64,000 nt of DNA. Origin: an uncultured Pelagibacteraceae bacterium (GTDB lineage Bacteria > Pseudomonadota > Alphaproteobacteria > Pelagibacterales > Pelagibacteraceae). The stretch is taken from the NCBI GenBank assembly GCA_902533945.1, contig CACANS010000001.1, forward strand, positions 10,437 through 74,436. Direction: 5' to 3'. Position 1 is the first letter of the stretch. The number at the start of each line of letters is the position of its first letter. The notes under the pieces are model-generated. The model was not told where the DNA came from. It was given only the letters and a program-made list of their open reading frames with translations, and ran no database searches. Made by a program: the position numbers and the translations under genes. Below, piece by piece: positions 49,520-58,007 of the stretch.

Positions 49520-50521
49520 ATGTCAGAAAAATTTAAAGCCATATTGCTCAATCAAGAGGGTGAAAAATTTTCAAGAGAAATTAAAGAAATAGACAAAAGT
49601 TTTTTAAAACATGGAGATGTTTTAATTAAAGTTGATTATTCTACATTAAATTTTAAAGATGCTTTAATTTTAAAAAATGGTGCAAGACTAGTCAAAGAAT
49701 TTCCACATATTCCAGGAATAGATTTTTCAGGAAAAGTTGTTGAAAGCAAAAGTAATAAATTTAAAGAAGGTGATGAAATTATTCAAACTGGTTGGAGAGT
49801 TGGAGAGATTTATTATGGAGGATATTCACAGTACGCAAAAGTAAACGCAGATTTTTTAGTTAAAAAACCAAACAATATAACATCAAGACAAGCAATGATG
49901 CTAGGTACTGCGGGTTTAACAGCTATACAGTGTGCTTTTACAACAAAGCAAACTAGAGAAGTGTTGTTATTAGGAGAAAAGGTAAATGACGTAATTGTTA
50001 CTGGTGCTTCAGGAGGTGTTGGAAGTATTGCAGTTATGATGTTAAGTAAAATGGGTTGTAATGTAACTGCAGCAACTACTAAATCAAATGAAGATTATTT
50101 AAAATCTATTGGTGCTAAAAATGTTTTAAAATCAAGCGATTTAGACACAGAGTCAAGACCTTTGGATAAGGGTTTATATGATGGAGCAGTGGATACTGTT
50201 GGTGGTAATATTTTATCAAAAGTTTTATCTCATATAAAACCAAATGGAATTGTTGCAGCATGTGGTAATGCTTCAAGTATTAAACTTAATACTACAGTAA
50301 TGCCATTTATTATTCGTGGCGTAAAACTCTGGGGAATTGACTCAGTAAGTGTTTCAATTAAAAGAAGAGAATTTCTATGGGATGAAGCATCAAAACTAGT
50401 AGATTTTGAACTTTTAGATAAATCTATTAAAGAAATATCTTTAGAGCAGCTTTTAAATGAATATTCAAAGATGCTTGAAGGAAAAACATCAGGAAGATAT
50501 ATAATTAATTTAAATAAATAA
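49520..50521 (+). CDS. acuI: Acryloyl-CoA reductase AcuI/YhdH family MDR
   Basis: PGIDFSG, GTAGLTA, TGASGGVGS, PFIIRGVKLWGIDS. Confidence 0.8.
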   Translation: MSEKFKAILLNQEGEKFSREIKEIDKSFLKHGDVLIKVDYSTLNFKDALILKNGARLVKEFPHIPGIDFSGKVVESKSNKFKEGDEIIQTGWRVGEIYYGGYSQYAKVNADFLVKKPNNITSRQAMMLGTAGLTAIQCAFTTKQTREVLLLGEKVNDVIVTGASGGVGSIAVMMLSKMGCNVTAATTKSNEDYLKSIGAKNVLKSSDLDTESRPLDKGLYDGAVDTVGGNILSKVLSHIKPNGIVAACGNASSIKLNTTVMPFIIRGVKLWGIDSVSVSIKRREFLWDEASKLVDFELLDKSIKEISLEQLLNEYSKMLEGKTSGRYIINLNK

Positions 50522-51411
50522 TGGATTGGGATAAGTTAAAAATTTTTCATGCTGTTGCAGAAGCAGGAAGTTTTACAAGTGCTACTGTCAATTTGAATTT
50601 AAGTCAATCAGCTATAAGTAGACAAATACAATCTTTAGAAGATGATCTGAAAGTTAAATTATTTGAAAGGCACGCAAGAGGTTTAACATTAACTGAAAAT
50701 GGTGAGTATGTGTATAAAACAGCTCATGATGTTATATCTAAACTTAAAGAAGTTGAAGCAACCTTAGGAGATCAAAAAAATAAACCTAGCGGAAAACTGA
50801 CAGTAACAACAGTTGTTAGTTTTGGAACAACTTGGTTAACTCCAAGAATTCAGGAATTTATGCAGTTAAATCCCGAAATCGAAGTTGAATTAATTTTTGA
50901 TGATAAAGAATTGGACTTAAGTACTAGACAAGCTGATATAGGAATATTTATGAGAAGACCAAAACAACTTAATTATATCCAAAAAAAATTGATTGATATC
51001 AACTATCATATTTATGGGTCTAACAAATATCTTGAAAAATATGGTTATCCCAAAACAGTAGGTGATTTAAATAAACATAAATTCATATCTTATGGAAAAG
51101 GGAATCCATCACCTGTTTATAATCCTGATTGGGCTTTAAAACTTGGAATTAAAGACAATAAAAAAAGAAAGACATGCATGAAAGTAAATAGTGTTTATGG
51201 CTTACTTTTAGCAGTCCAAAGCGGCGTAGGACTTGCTGCTTTACCTGATTATTTAACTGTAAATCAACCAAATATTGTTAAAATTTTACCAAATATAGAA
51301 GGACCTATTACCGAAGCACATTTTGTATACCCTCAGTCAATGAAAAATGTAGCAAGAGTCCAAGCTTTTAGAAATTTTCTTTATAGCAAAATATCAGAGT
51401 GGAAATTTTAA
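50521..51411 (+). CDS. LysR-family regulator resembling LsrB/VtlR
   Basis: MDWDKLKIFHAVAEAGSFT..LSQSAISRQI HTH; ARVQAFRNFL C-terminus. Confidence 0.85.
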   Translation: MDWDKLKIFHAVAEAGSFTSATVNLNLSQSAISRQIQSLEDDLKVKLFERHARGLTLTENGEYVYKTAHDVISKLKEVEATLGDQKNKPSGKLTVTTVVSFGTTWLTPRIQEFMQLNPEIEVELIFDDKELDLSTRQADIGIFMRRPKQLNYIQKKLIDINYHIYGSNKYLEKYGYPKTVGDLNKHKFISYGKGNPSPVYNPDWALKLGIKDNKKRKTCMKVNSVYGLLLAVQSGVGLAALPDYLTVNQPNIVKILPNIEGPITEAHFVYPQSMKNVARVQAFRNFLYSKISEWKF

Positions 51412-51440
51412 GGATTGACAACTGCGTCATTTGATGCAAT

Positions 51441-51471
51441 TGATAATCATTATCATTGATAATAGTTATCA
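51441..51471 (+). promoter_or_regulatory. Two tandem Fur boxes upstream of sfuA
   Basis: TGATAATCATTATCA (perfect 7-1-7, 51441-51455) and TGATAATAGTTATCA (51457-51471); TTGACA at 51415-51420. Confidence 0.85.
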
Positions 51472-51496
51472 TTTTCAATAAAAAATAAGGAGAAAA

Positions 51497-52525
51497 ATGA
51501 GAAAAATAACAATTTCAGCTTTTATTCTTTCAATGGTTGTATCGACTTTTGCAATTTCAAGCGAAGTAAATATTTTCAATGCAAGACATTATAAAGCTGA
51601 TGCTGAACTTTACGATAAGTTTACAGCGGCGACTGGAATTAAGGTGAATTTAATTAATGGGAAATCAGGAGCTTTAGAAAAAAGAATGATAGAAGAAGGC
51701 TCAGACTCTTCAGCAGACCTTTACATAACAGCTGATGCTGGAAGATGTGGCGCTTTTCAAGCAAAAGGTATGACTCAAGGAGGATTAGTTTCATCTACAA
51801 TTAGATCATCTGTTCCAAAAAACTTTAGAACAACACATTGGGTTGGAGTAGCAAAAAGAGCAAGAATAATTTACTACTCACCAGAAAGAGTTACTGGTGC
51901 TGAATTATCTGGAATGACTTATGAAGGTCTAGCTGATCCAAAATGGAAAGGTAGATTAGTAATTAGAAAATCTAGCAACATTTACAATAAATCTCTTGTA
52001 GCTTCATTAATTGCTAACAATGGAAAAAAAGCCACTGCAGAATGGGCAAAGGGAGTTGTTGCTAACATGGCTAGAGACTCTAAAGGAAACGACAGAGCTC
52101 AAATTATGGCAGTAGCAGCTGGAGAAGCTGATATTGCTGTAGCTAATACATATTATTTGGCACTTATGTTATCTGGTAAAAAAGGTGCAGAACAACAAGA
52201 AGCTGCTAAAAAAGTTAAAGCATTTTTTCCAAATCAAGATGACAGAGGAACACACATGAATATTAGTTGTGCTGCTCTAGTTAAAGGTGCTCCAAACAAA
52301 GCAAATGCTATAGCTCTTGTTGACTATTTATTATCACCTTCAGCTCAAGAGCACTTTACTAATAATACTTTTGAGTTTCCAATGATTGCTGGTGTTTCAC
52401 CAAGTCCATTAGTTGTAAACAATTTGGGATTAGATTTTAAACAAGATCTAAAAACAAAAGTTTCTACTTATGGAAAAAATCAAGCTGCTGCATTAGAAGT
52501 AATGACTGCTGCTGGTTGGAAGTAA
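51497..52525 (+). CDS. sfuA: Fe(III) ABC transporter substrate-binding protein (SfuA/FutA)
   Basis: ARHY, YNKSL, ANTYY tyrosine iron ligands; Fur boxes upstream. Confidence 0.93.
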   Translation: MRKITISAFILSMVVSTFAISSEVNIFNARHYKADAELYDKFTAATGIKVNLINGKSGALEKRMIEEGSDSSADLYITADAGRCGAFQAKGMTQGGLVSSTIRSSVPKNFRTTHWVGVAKRARIIYYSPERVTGAELSGMTYEGLADPKWKGRLVIRKSSNIYNKSLVASLIANNGKKATAEWAKGVVANMARDSKGNDRAQIMAVAAGEADIAVANTYYLALMLSGKKGAEQQEAAKKVKAFFPNQDDRGTHMNISCAALVKGAPNKANAIALVDYLLSPSAQEHFTNNTFEFPMIAGVSPSPLVVNNLGLDFKQDLKTKVSTYGKNQAAALEVMTAAGWK

Positions 52526-52526
52526 T

Positions 52527-52694
52527 ATGGATAAAAAAGAATTTATCTCTGATATTGATTATAATAAATCAGCTAAGCCATGTCCCACATGTTACTTAGA
52601 GTGTCAAAAAATCAATAAAAGAATAAATGATAGAAATTTATCTGAATTAAAAACTGAGGAGGTTCCGCACATCCTAAAAGTTTTTAATTTATAG
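52527..52694 (+). CDS. Putative 55-aa CxxCxxxC protein between sfuA and sfuB
   Basis: Manual translation MDKKEFISDIDYNKSAKPCPTCYLECQKINKRINDRNLSELKTEEVPHILKVFNL; ATG 1 nt after the sfuA stop. Confidence 0.65.
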   Translation: MDKKEFISDIDYNKSAKPCPTCYLECQKINKRINDRNLSELKTEEVPHILKVFNL

Positions 52695-52709
52695 ATATTT
52701 TCTTGAATT

Positions 52710-52752
52710 AGTGCTTGTGGTTTAAGGCAGTCTCTTTTCCCCCACAAGCACT
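52710..52752. other. GC-rich 11-bp hairpin with 21-nt loop between the small ORF and sfuB
   Basis: AGTGCTTGTGG-TTTAAGGCAGTCTCTTTTCCC-CCACAAGCACT. Confidence 0.7.
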
Positions 52753-52786
52753 TATAAAGCTTTCAGATTATAAGGCGGATTATAAT

Positions 52787-54409
52787 ATGAGACAGCTAAA
52801 CGGTTGGTATTTAAGTTCATTTGTAATTTCAATAGTTGTTGCTATTCCAATTTTAACAGTTTTTGCAAGTTTCTTTGAAGATATATCAAACTATTTTGAA
52901 ATTCTTAAACAAACTTTCTTTTTCGAATATATATTTAATTCATTAACTCTTTTGATTGGGGTTTTATTTTTAACATTTATATTAGGAGTAGGTTCGGCAT
53001 ATCTAGTTTCTTTTTATCAGTTTCCATGTGCTAATTTTTTTAAATGGGCTTTAATACTATCTTTTGCAGTACCTCCTTATATCTATGCTTATTCTTTATT
53101 CGCTTTTTTTGAAAATTATGGGACAGCATTTACGATTTTAAAATATTTTTTTGGTGATGGAAATTACAACAAACAAATTCCAAAGTTAGATGGTATGTTT
53201 GGATTAATATTATCAATATCTTTCTCATTGTATGTTTATGTATATATACTTGCAAGATCGTCATTTTTATACCAATCGCAAAGTTTAATAGAACTAGGTA
53301 AAAATCTTGGTTTTTCAAAATTTAAATCTTTTTATTCAATAATATTACCTTCCGCGCGCCCTGCAATTGTTGCAGGTTTATCATTGGTAGCAATGGAAAC
53401 ATTAGCTGAATTTGGAGCAGTAGATTTTTTTTCTGTAAACACATTAACTACTGGTATTTATAATGCTTGGATAACTTTTGATGATTTGGCATTAGCAAAT
53501 CGAATATCTTTTTTTCTTTTGCTATTTATTTTTATATTATTTTTAACTGAAAATTTATCTAGAAAAAAAGCCAAGTATCATTTGGAAGCAAAAGGTGGAT
53601 TTAAGAAAAAGGAAAAAGTTAAACTTTATGGTACGAAGTCTTTTTTTGCATTTATTTTTTGTTTCACTTTGTTTTTTTTAAGTTTTTTATTTCCATTAAG
53701 CCAAATGTTATACTGGACAATAAAATTCCCTGAAAATTTTATTGGCTTTGAAATAATCGATCTTTTACTAAATACTTTATATCTAGTTTCTTTATCAAGT
53801 TTAGTTTTGATATTTTTTGCTTTAATTTCTAATTATGGAAATAGAGTTTCTAATAAAAAAATTTTAAATGCTTTATCTACTTTTTCAATTTCTGGTTATG
53901 CAATACCAGGAGTAATTCTTGCTATAGCATTTATAACTTTTGTTGCGTGGTTTGATGAAAATATGATTAAAGCATTAGGATTTTTATCAATAAAAAAAAT
54001 ATTTATTGGTTCGGTCTTAGGTTTAGTAGTAGTTTATTTTGTAAGATTTTATTCATTAGCTTTTAATGGAATAAAATCTGGATATGAAAAAATGAATATT
54101 GCTGTTGATGAGAGCGCTTATCTTCTTGGATATTCTAAAACAAAAACATTTTTAAGCATTCATATTCCTTATTTAAGAAACTCACTTTTATTTGTTATTA
54201 TATTAATTTCACTAGAAATAATCAGGGAATTGCCAATTACACTAATATTGAGGCCTTTTAATTTTGAAACCTTCGCAACCACAGCATATATTTCTGCATC
54301 TGAGGATTTATTAGAAGCTGCAGCTGTCCCATCTTTATGTTTGATAATTATTGCAAGTTTTTTTATTTTGTTTACATCTAAATATATTTTAAGAGATACT
54401 AATGAGTAA
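52787..54409 (+). CDS. sfuB: Fe(III) ABC transporter permease
   Basis: Two EAA-type halves (ARPAIVAG, ELPITLILRPFNFET); start revised from the TTG at 52715, which lies inside the hairpin, to the ATG at 52787. Confidence 0.9.
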   Translation: MRQLNGWYLSSFVISIVVAIPILTVFASFFEDISNYFEILKQTFFFEYIFNSLTLLIGVLFLTFILGVGSAYLVSFYQFPCANFFKWALILSFAVPPYIYAYSLFAFFENYGTAFTILKYFFGDGNYNKQIPKLDGMFGLILSISFSLYVYVYILARSSFLYQSQSLIELGKNLGFSKFKSFYSIILPSARPAIVAGLSLVAMETLAEFGAVDFFSVNTLTTGIYNAWITFDDLALANRISFFLLLFIFILFLTENLSRKKAKYHLEAKGGFKKKEKVKLYGTKSFFAFIFCFTLFFLSFLFPLSQMLYWTIKFPENFIGFEIIDLLLNTLYLVSLSSLVLIFFALISNYGNRVSNKKILNALSTFSISGYAIPGVILAIAFITFVAWFDENMIKALGFLSIKKIFIGSVLGLVVVYFVRFYSLAFNGIKSGYEKMNIAVDESAYLLGYSKTKTFLSIHIPYLRNSLLFVIILISLEIIRELPITLILRPFNFETFATTAYISASEDLLEAAAVPSLCLIIIASFFILFTSKYILRDTNE

Positions 54410-55463
54410 AAATTTTTTTGAAATTACAAATGCAACATTTAGGGTAGGGGGTATAAATAAGGTAAATAATGTATCTTTTTCAATTGAAAATGAAGGTGAT
54501 ATTATTTGTCTTTTAGGCCCTTCCGGTATTGGCAAAACCACAATTCTTAGATCAATAGCTGGTTTAGAAAAAATTGATTCTGGAGAAATAAAACTGAAGG
54601 GAAAAACTATTTCGTCAAATAAAATAAATATAGAACCAGAAGATCGAAATATATCATTATCATTTCAAGAAAATAGTTTATTTCCACATTATACAATTGA
54701 ACAAAATATTAACCTAGGTAGAGAAAGAAAAAATCCATCAAAAAAAAAGAAAATAAGTGTTAATAAAATTATAAAACTACTTAATATTGGTAAAATATTA
54801 AATCATTATCCACATCAAATTAGTGCAGGAGAAGCACAAAGAGTTTCTCTAGCAAGATCATTAGTTTCTCAACCAGATCTTTTACTTTTGGATGAACCTT
54901 TGTCTAATGTTGATCAAAGTTTTAAAGAAGAAATACAAGTTCAATTAAAACAACTTTTAAAAAATTTAAAAATAACCACTATAATTGTTACACACGACTC
55001 TTATGAAGCGTTTTATTTGGGTAATAAATGTGGAATTATTTTAAATAAGCAACTTAAACAATTTGATGATCCATATAATGTTTATCATTTTCCTAATTCA
55101 ATTGAAGTTGTAAATTTTTTAAATAGAGGAATTTTAATACCTGCAAAAGTAACTGGAGAAAGTAGTTTAGAAAATAAAGATTTAGGAACTATTAAAGGTA
55201 ATTTTATAAAACATTATAAAAAAGGGGCCAATGTAAAATTGTTATTACAACCTGAAGATTTAGAACATGACGATCAAAGTAATCTAAAGTTAGAAGTTGT
55301 TGATAGAAAATTTAGAGGTACAAATTTTATTTATACATTGAAAACAAATAGTAATCTTTTAATACCTGTCTTTGTACATTCTCACCATATTCATCAACAT
55401 GAAGTTGATGAAAAATTTGGAATAAAGAGACCAATAAATATTGATCATATAGTTTGTTTTTAA
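54402..55463 (+). CDS. sfuC: Fe(III) ABC transporter ATPase
   Basis: GPSGIGKT, ISAGEAQR signature, LLLDEP, His-rich C-terminal HSHHIHQH. Confidence 0.9.
   Translation: MSKNFFEITNATFRVGGINKVNNVSFSIENEGDIICLLGPSGIGKTTILRSIAGLEKIDSGEIKLKGKTISSNKINIEPEDRNISLSFQENSLFPHYTIEQNINLGRERKNPSKKKKISVNKIIKLLNIGKILNHYPHQISAGEAQRVSLARSLVSQPDLLLLDEPLSNVDQSFKEEIQVQLKQLLKNLKITTIIVTHDSYEAFYLGNKCGIILNKQLKQFDDPYNVYHFPNSIEVVNFLNRGILIPAKVTGESSLENKDLGTIKGNFIKHYKKGANVKLLLQPEDLEHDDQSNLKLEVVDRKFRGTNFIYTLKTNSNLLIPVFVHSHHIHQHEVDEKFGIKRPINIDHIVCF
55395..55463 (+). repeat. Direct repeat copy 1 (functional sfuC 3' end)
   Basis: 56 of 69 positions identical to 56403..56470 by manual alignment. Confidence 0.9.
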
Positions 55464-55469
55464 TAATTA

Positions 55470-56162
55470 TTACTTAGAATTTATTTTTTTTTTTTCTTTA
55501 ATTAAATAATTATAAATTTCGTAATCTTTTTTTAGGAATTCTTTTAAATTTATTAAAGCGTTTTTACTTAAAGGAATATCAACTTTTTTTGTTGTTATAA
55601 TTTCTTTTTTAAAATCAGTTTTATCAAACGAATTTAAATTTAATCTTAATTTTAAAAAATCTTCAGTATCTTTTAATAAACTATCATGAGTTATTAAATA
55701 GGCTGGTAAATTTTTTTTTAAGAATTCTATTGTGATAAAACTATTTAGATCTTCATTTAAATGATGCGAAAGTCTAATGTAGCTTCTTGCTTTTTTGCTA
55801 AATATTTCTATAGCCAGTTTTTCAATCGTTGGATAAATAGAAAAAAAATCATCATAATATGTTATGAATTGACCATTTTTTAAATGAAAATATGCACTAG
55901 CAAATCTTTCGATAGGGTCTCTTATTGAAATAAAATAATTACAATTTTTATTGAACTTAGGTTTAAAATAATGTGTAGGAAATTCTATATTTGACTGATC
56001 TTTTAAATTTTTTTTTATTAATGATGTTATAATAGACGTTGAGCACCTAGGAACTTGAGCAAATATTAACTTTTTATTTTCCAACCTTAGATTACCAGAA
56101 ATCAAATTAGAAACATCATTTAGATAATATAAAAATTTTATTCTTTTTAATATGTTTTTCAT
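55470..56162 (-). CDS. Sulfotransferase-family-like protein
   Basis: Degenerate 5'-PSB motif (QVPRCSTS), 3'-PB motif IRDPIERFASAY, C-terminal DYEIY; extremely AT-rich. Confidence 0.6.
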   Translation of the reverse strand: MKNILKRIKFLYYLNDVSNLISGNLRLENKKLIFAQVPRCSTSIITSLIKKNLKDQSNIEFPTHYFKPKFNKNCNYFISIRDPIERFASAYFHLKNGQFITYYDDFFSIYPTIEKLAIEIFSKKARSYIRLSHHLNEDLNSFITIEFLKKNLPAYLITHDSLLKDTEDFLKLRLNLNSFDKTDFKKEIITTKKVDIPLSKNALINLKEFLKKDYEIYNYLIKEKKKINSK

Positions 56163-56198
56163 GCTTAAATATTTCTATTAGATAATTGTTATTAAATA

Positions 56199-56450
56199 AT
56201 GAAAATCAATCATAGTATTTTTAATTTAAATTATTATCAGCTATTAATCAAAATTATTTTTTTAATTTTAGTAACTATTCCCTCTATTACTTATGCCGAA
56301 GATAATAAAATTGCATCAGTTATAGAAATTTCTGGAGATGCAATAGCTCTTACCGAAGATGGGGACGAAAGAGAATTAGAAATATTTGATAATTTATTTA
56401 TAGAACATGAAATAGATGAAAAATTTGGTATAAAAGGCCGATTTATATAG
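56199..56450 (+). pseudogene. Truncated exported (FecR-domain-like) gene fused to an sfuC tail remnant
   Basis: Signal peptide plus IASVIEISGDA...RELEIFD, then EHEIDEKFGIK, which is sfuC C-terminal sequence. Confidence 0.65.
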
Positions 56451-56470
56451 ACCATATAGTTTGCTTTTAA
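56403..56470 (+). repeat. Direct repeat copy 2 (frameshifted sfuC 3' remnant)
   Basis: Encodes EHEIDEKFGIK(R)PIYIDHIVCF* with a 1-nt deletion versus QHEVDEKFGIKRPINIDHIVCF*. Confidence 0.9.
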
Positions 56471-56491
56471 ATTTTATTTAATATAATTTAT

Positions 56492-56560
56492 TTTAAAGGG
56501 GTGTCGAAAGACTGAGATTAAACCCTTAGAACCTGTCCGGTAATTCAGAAAGGGATTAAA
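56492..56560 (+). ncRNA. TPP (THI-box) riboswitch, variant aptamer
   Basis: P2 AAGGG/CCCTT, P3 GTC-GAAA-GAC, J3/2 TGAGA, GAACCTG, TAAT loop, AGGGA; overlaps the SD and start of thiV. Confidence 0.85.
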
Positions 56561-57987
56561 TGAAAGAAATAAACATAATTAGCCAATCTTCAGCGATTAC
56601 ACTAACTTTTATCACGTGTATTTTGTTTGCAATCATAGGAATTATTTATTCAAAAAAATACCGTGGAATAAATAATTATTTAGTTGCGAATAGAACAGTT
56701 GGAATTTTTTCATTAACAACAAGTTTTGTTGCATCGGCTCTTGGTACATGGATTTTATTTGGACCAGCATCTGCTGCAACATGGGGAGGTATAGGAGCTG
56801 TTATTGGATATGCTTTGGGAACAGCATTTCCACTATTTATATTAATTTATGTGGGAAAGAAAATTAGAAAGTCATATTCAAAAGCAAGAACTTTAATAGA
56901 GGTAATTCGAATAAGATTTGGCTTAAATTTATTTAAGCTAATACTTTTTTTATCAGTTTTCTATATGACAATATTTTTAATTGCAGAAGTTACTGCCGTT
57001 TCAATATTAGTTAATTATATTTCGGGAACTGATCTATGGATAACTTCTTTTATAATAATTATTTGTTCACTAATTTACACACTATATGGAGGTTTAAGAG
57101 CTTCTATTTTTACTGATAATATACAATTTATTGTTTTTGGAATATTGTTATTAATTAGTTTTAGTTATTTAATTTCAATAAATAACGAGTTTAGCTTTGA
57201 GTATATTAAAACAAATAAACCTGAATTGTTAAGTATAAAATATTTACCTAATTTCACAGCTGGTTTAACTTTTTTTATCGCAGTTGCAGCAACAAATCTT
57301 TTTCATCAAGGTAATTGGCAAAGAGTATATGCAGCAAAAAATCATAAAATATTAAAAAATAGTTTGATTTTATCATTTTTTATTATTGTACCTATAGTAT
57401 TTGTAATGGGATTTTCAGGTTTAATAGCAGTTTCAAAAAATTCAAATATTTTTCCTGACCTAGCATTTTTTTCATTGTTATTAAAAGAAAATATTTGGAT
57501 AATTTCATTTATAATATTATTGTTAGCAATATCATTAACCATTAGCAGTATTGATACTTTAATTAATGCTATATCAAGTTTAATTATAGTTGATGTTAAT
57601 AAATTATTAAAATTTAAAGGAGATTATTTAAATTTTTCTAAAAAAATAGTACTTATTTTATCTTTGATAGTTTTTTTTGTAGCATCAGAAGGTTTTAGTA
57701 TATTATACTTATTTTTGTTAGCTGATTTATTTTGTTGTGCGGCAGTTTTAACTATTTTTTATAGTTTTTATGACAAAAGTATTAAAGAAAAAAATGCTTA
57801 TATTTCAATTATTATTGGTTTATTAATTGGACTTTTGCTATTTCCGAGTCCGGATTTTTCTAAATCTATTTTGATAGGAATTTTAATTCCGGTCCATTAT
57901 TTTCCAGTATTTATCACAAAATCATTACTCTTTTTGTCATTTTTATTTGCTACATTTTTTCCAATTCTTACTTGGAAAATGAGATAA
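56560..57987 (+). CDS. thiV: Sodium:solute symporter, probable thiamin-pyrimidine (HMP) transporter ThiV
   Basis: SSS-family motifs (YTLYGGLRASIFTD, WQRVYAA), multi-TM, preceded by a THI box. Confidence 0.8.
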   Translation: MKEINIISQSSAITLTFITCILFAIIGIIYSKKYRGINNYLVANRTVGIFSLTTSFVASALGTWILFGPASAATWGGIGAVIGYALGTAFPLFILIYVGKKIRKSYSKARTLIEVIRIRFGLNLFKLILFLSVFYMTIFLIAEVTAVSILVNYISGTDLWITSFIIIICSLIYTLYGGLRASIFTDNIQFIVFGILLLISFSYLISINNEFSFEYIKTNKPELLSIKYLPNFTAGLTFFIAVAATNLFHQGNWQRVYAAKNHKILKNSLILSFFIIVPIVFVMGFSGLIAVSKNSNIFPDLAFFSLLLKENIWIISFIILLLAISLTISSIDTLINAISSLIIVDVNKLLKFKGDYLNFSKKIVLILSLIVFFVASEGFSILYLFLLADLFCCAAVLTIFYSFYDKSIKEKNAYISIIIGLLIGLLLFPSPDFSKSILIGILIPVHYFPVFITKSLLFLSFLFATFFPILTWKMR

Positions 57988-58007
57988 AATGATTATTATT
58001 ATATTTT

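Noticed and set aside
52715-52786. 24-aa N-terminal extension of sfuB given in the ORF track
   Set aside because: The TTG start lies inside a stable hairpin; the ATG at 52787 gives a normal permease N-terminus
54806-54814. TTATCCACA inside sfuC
   Set aside because: An isolated match within coding sequence with no cluster of boxes, so not an origin
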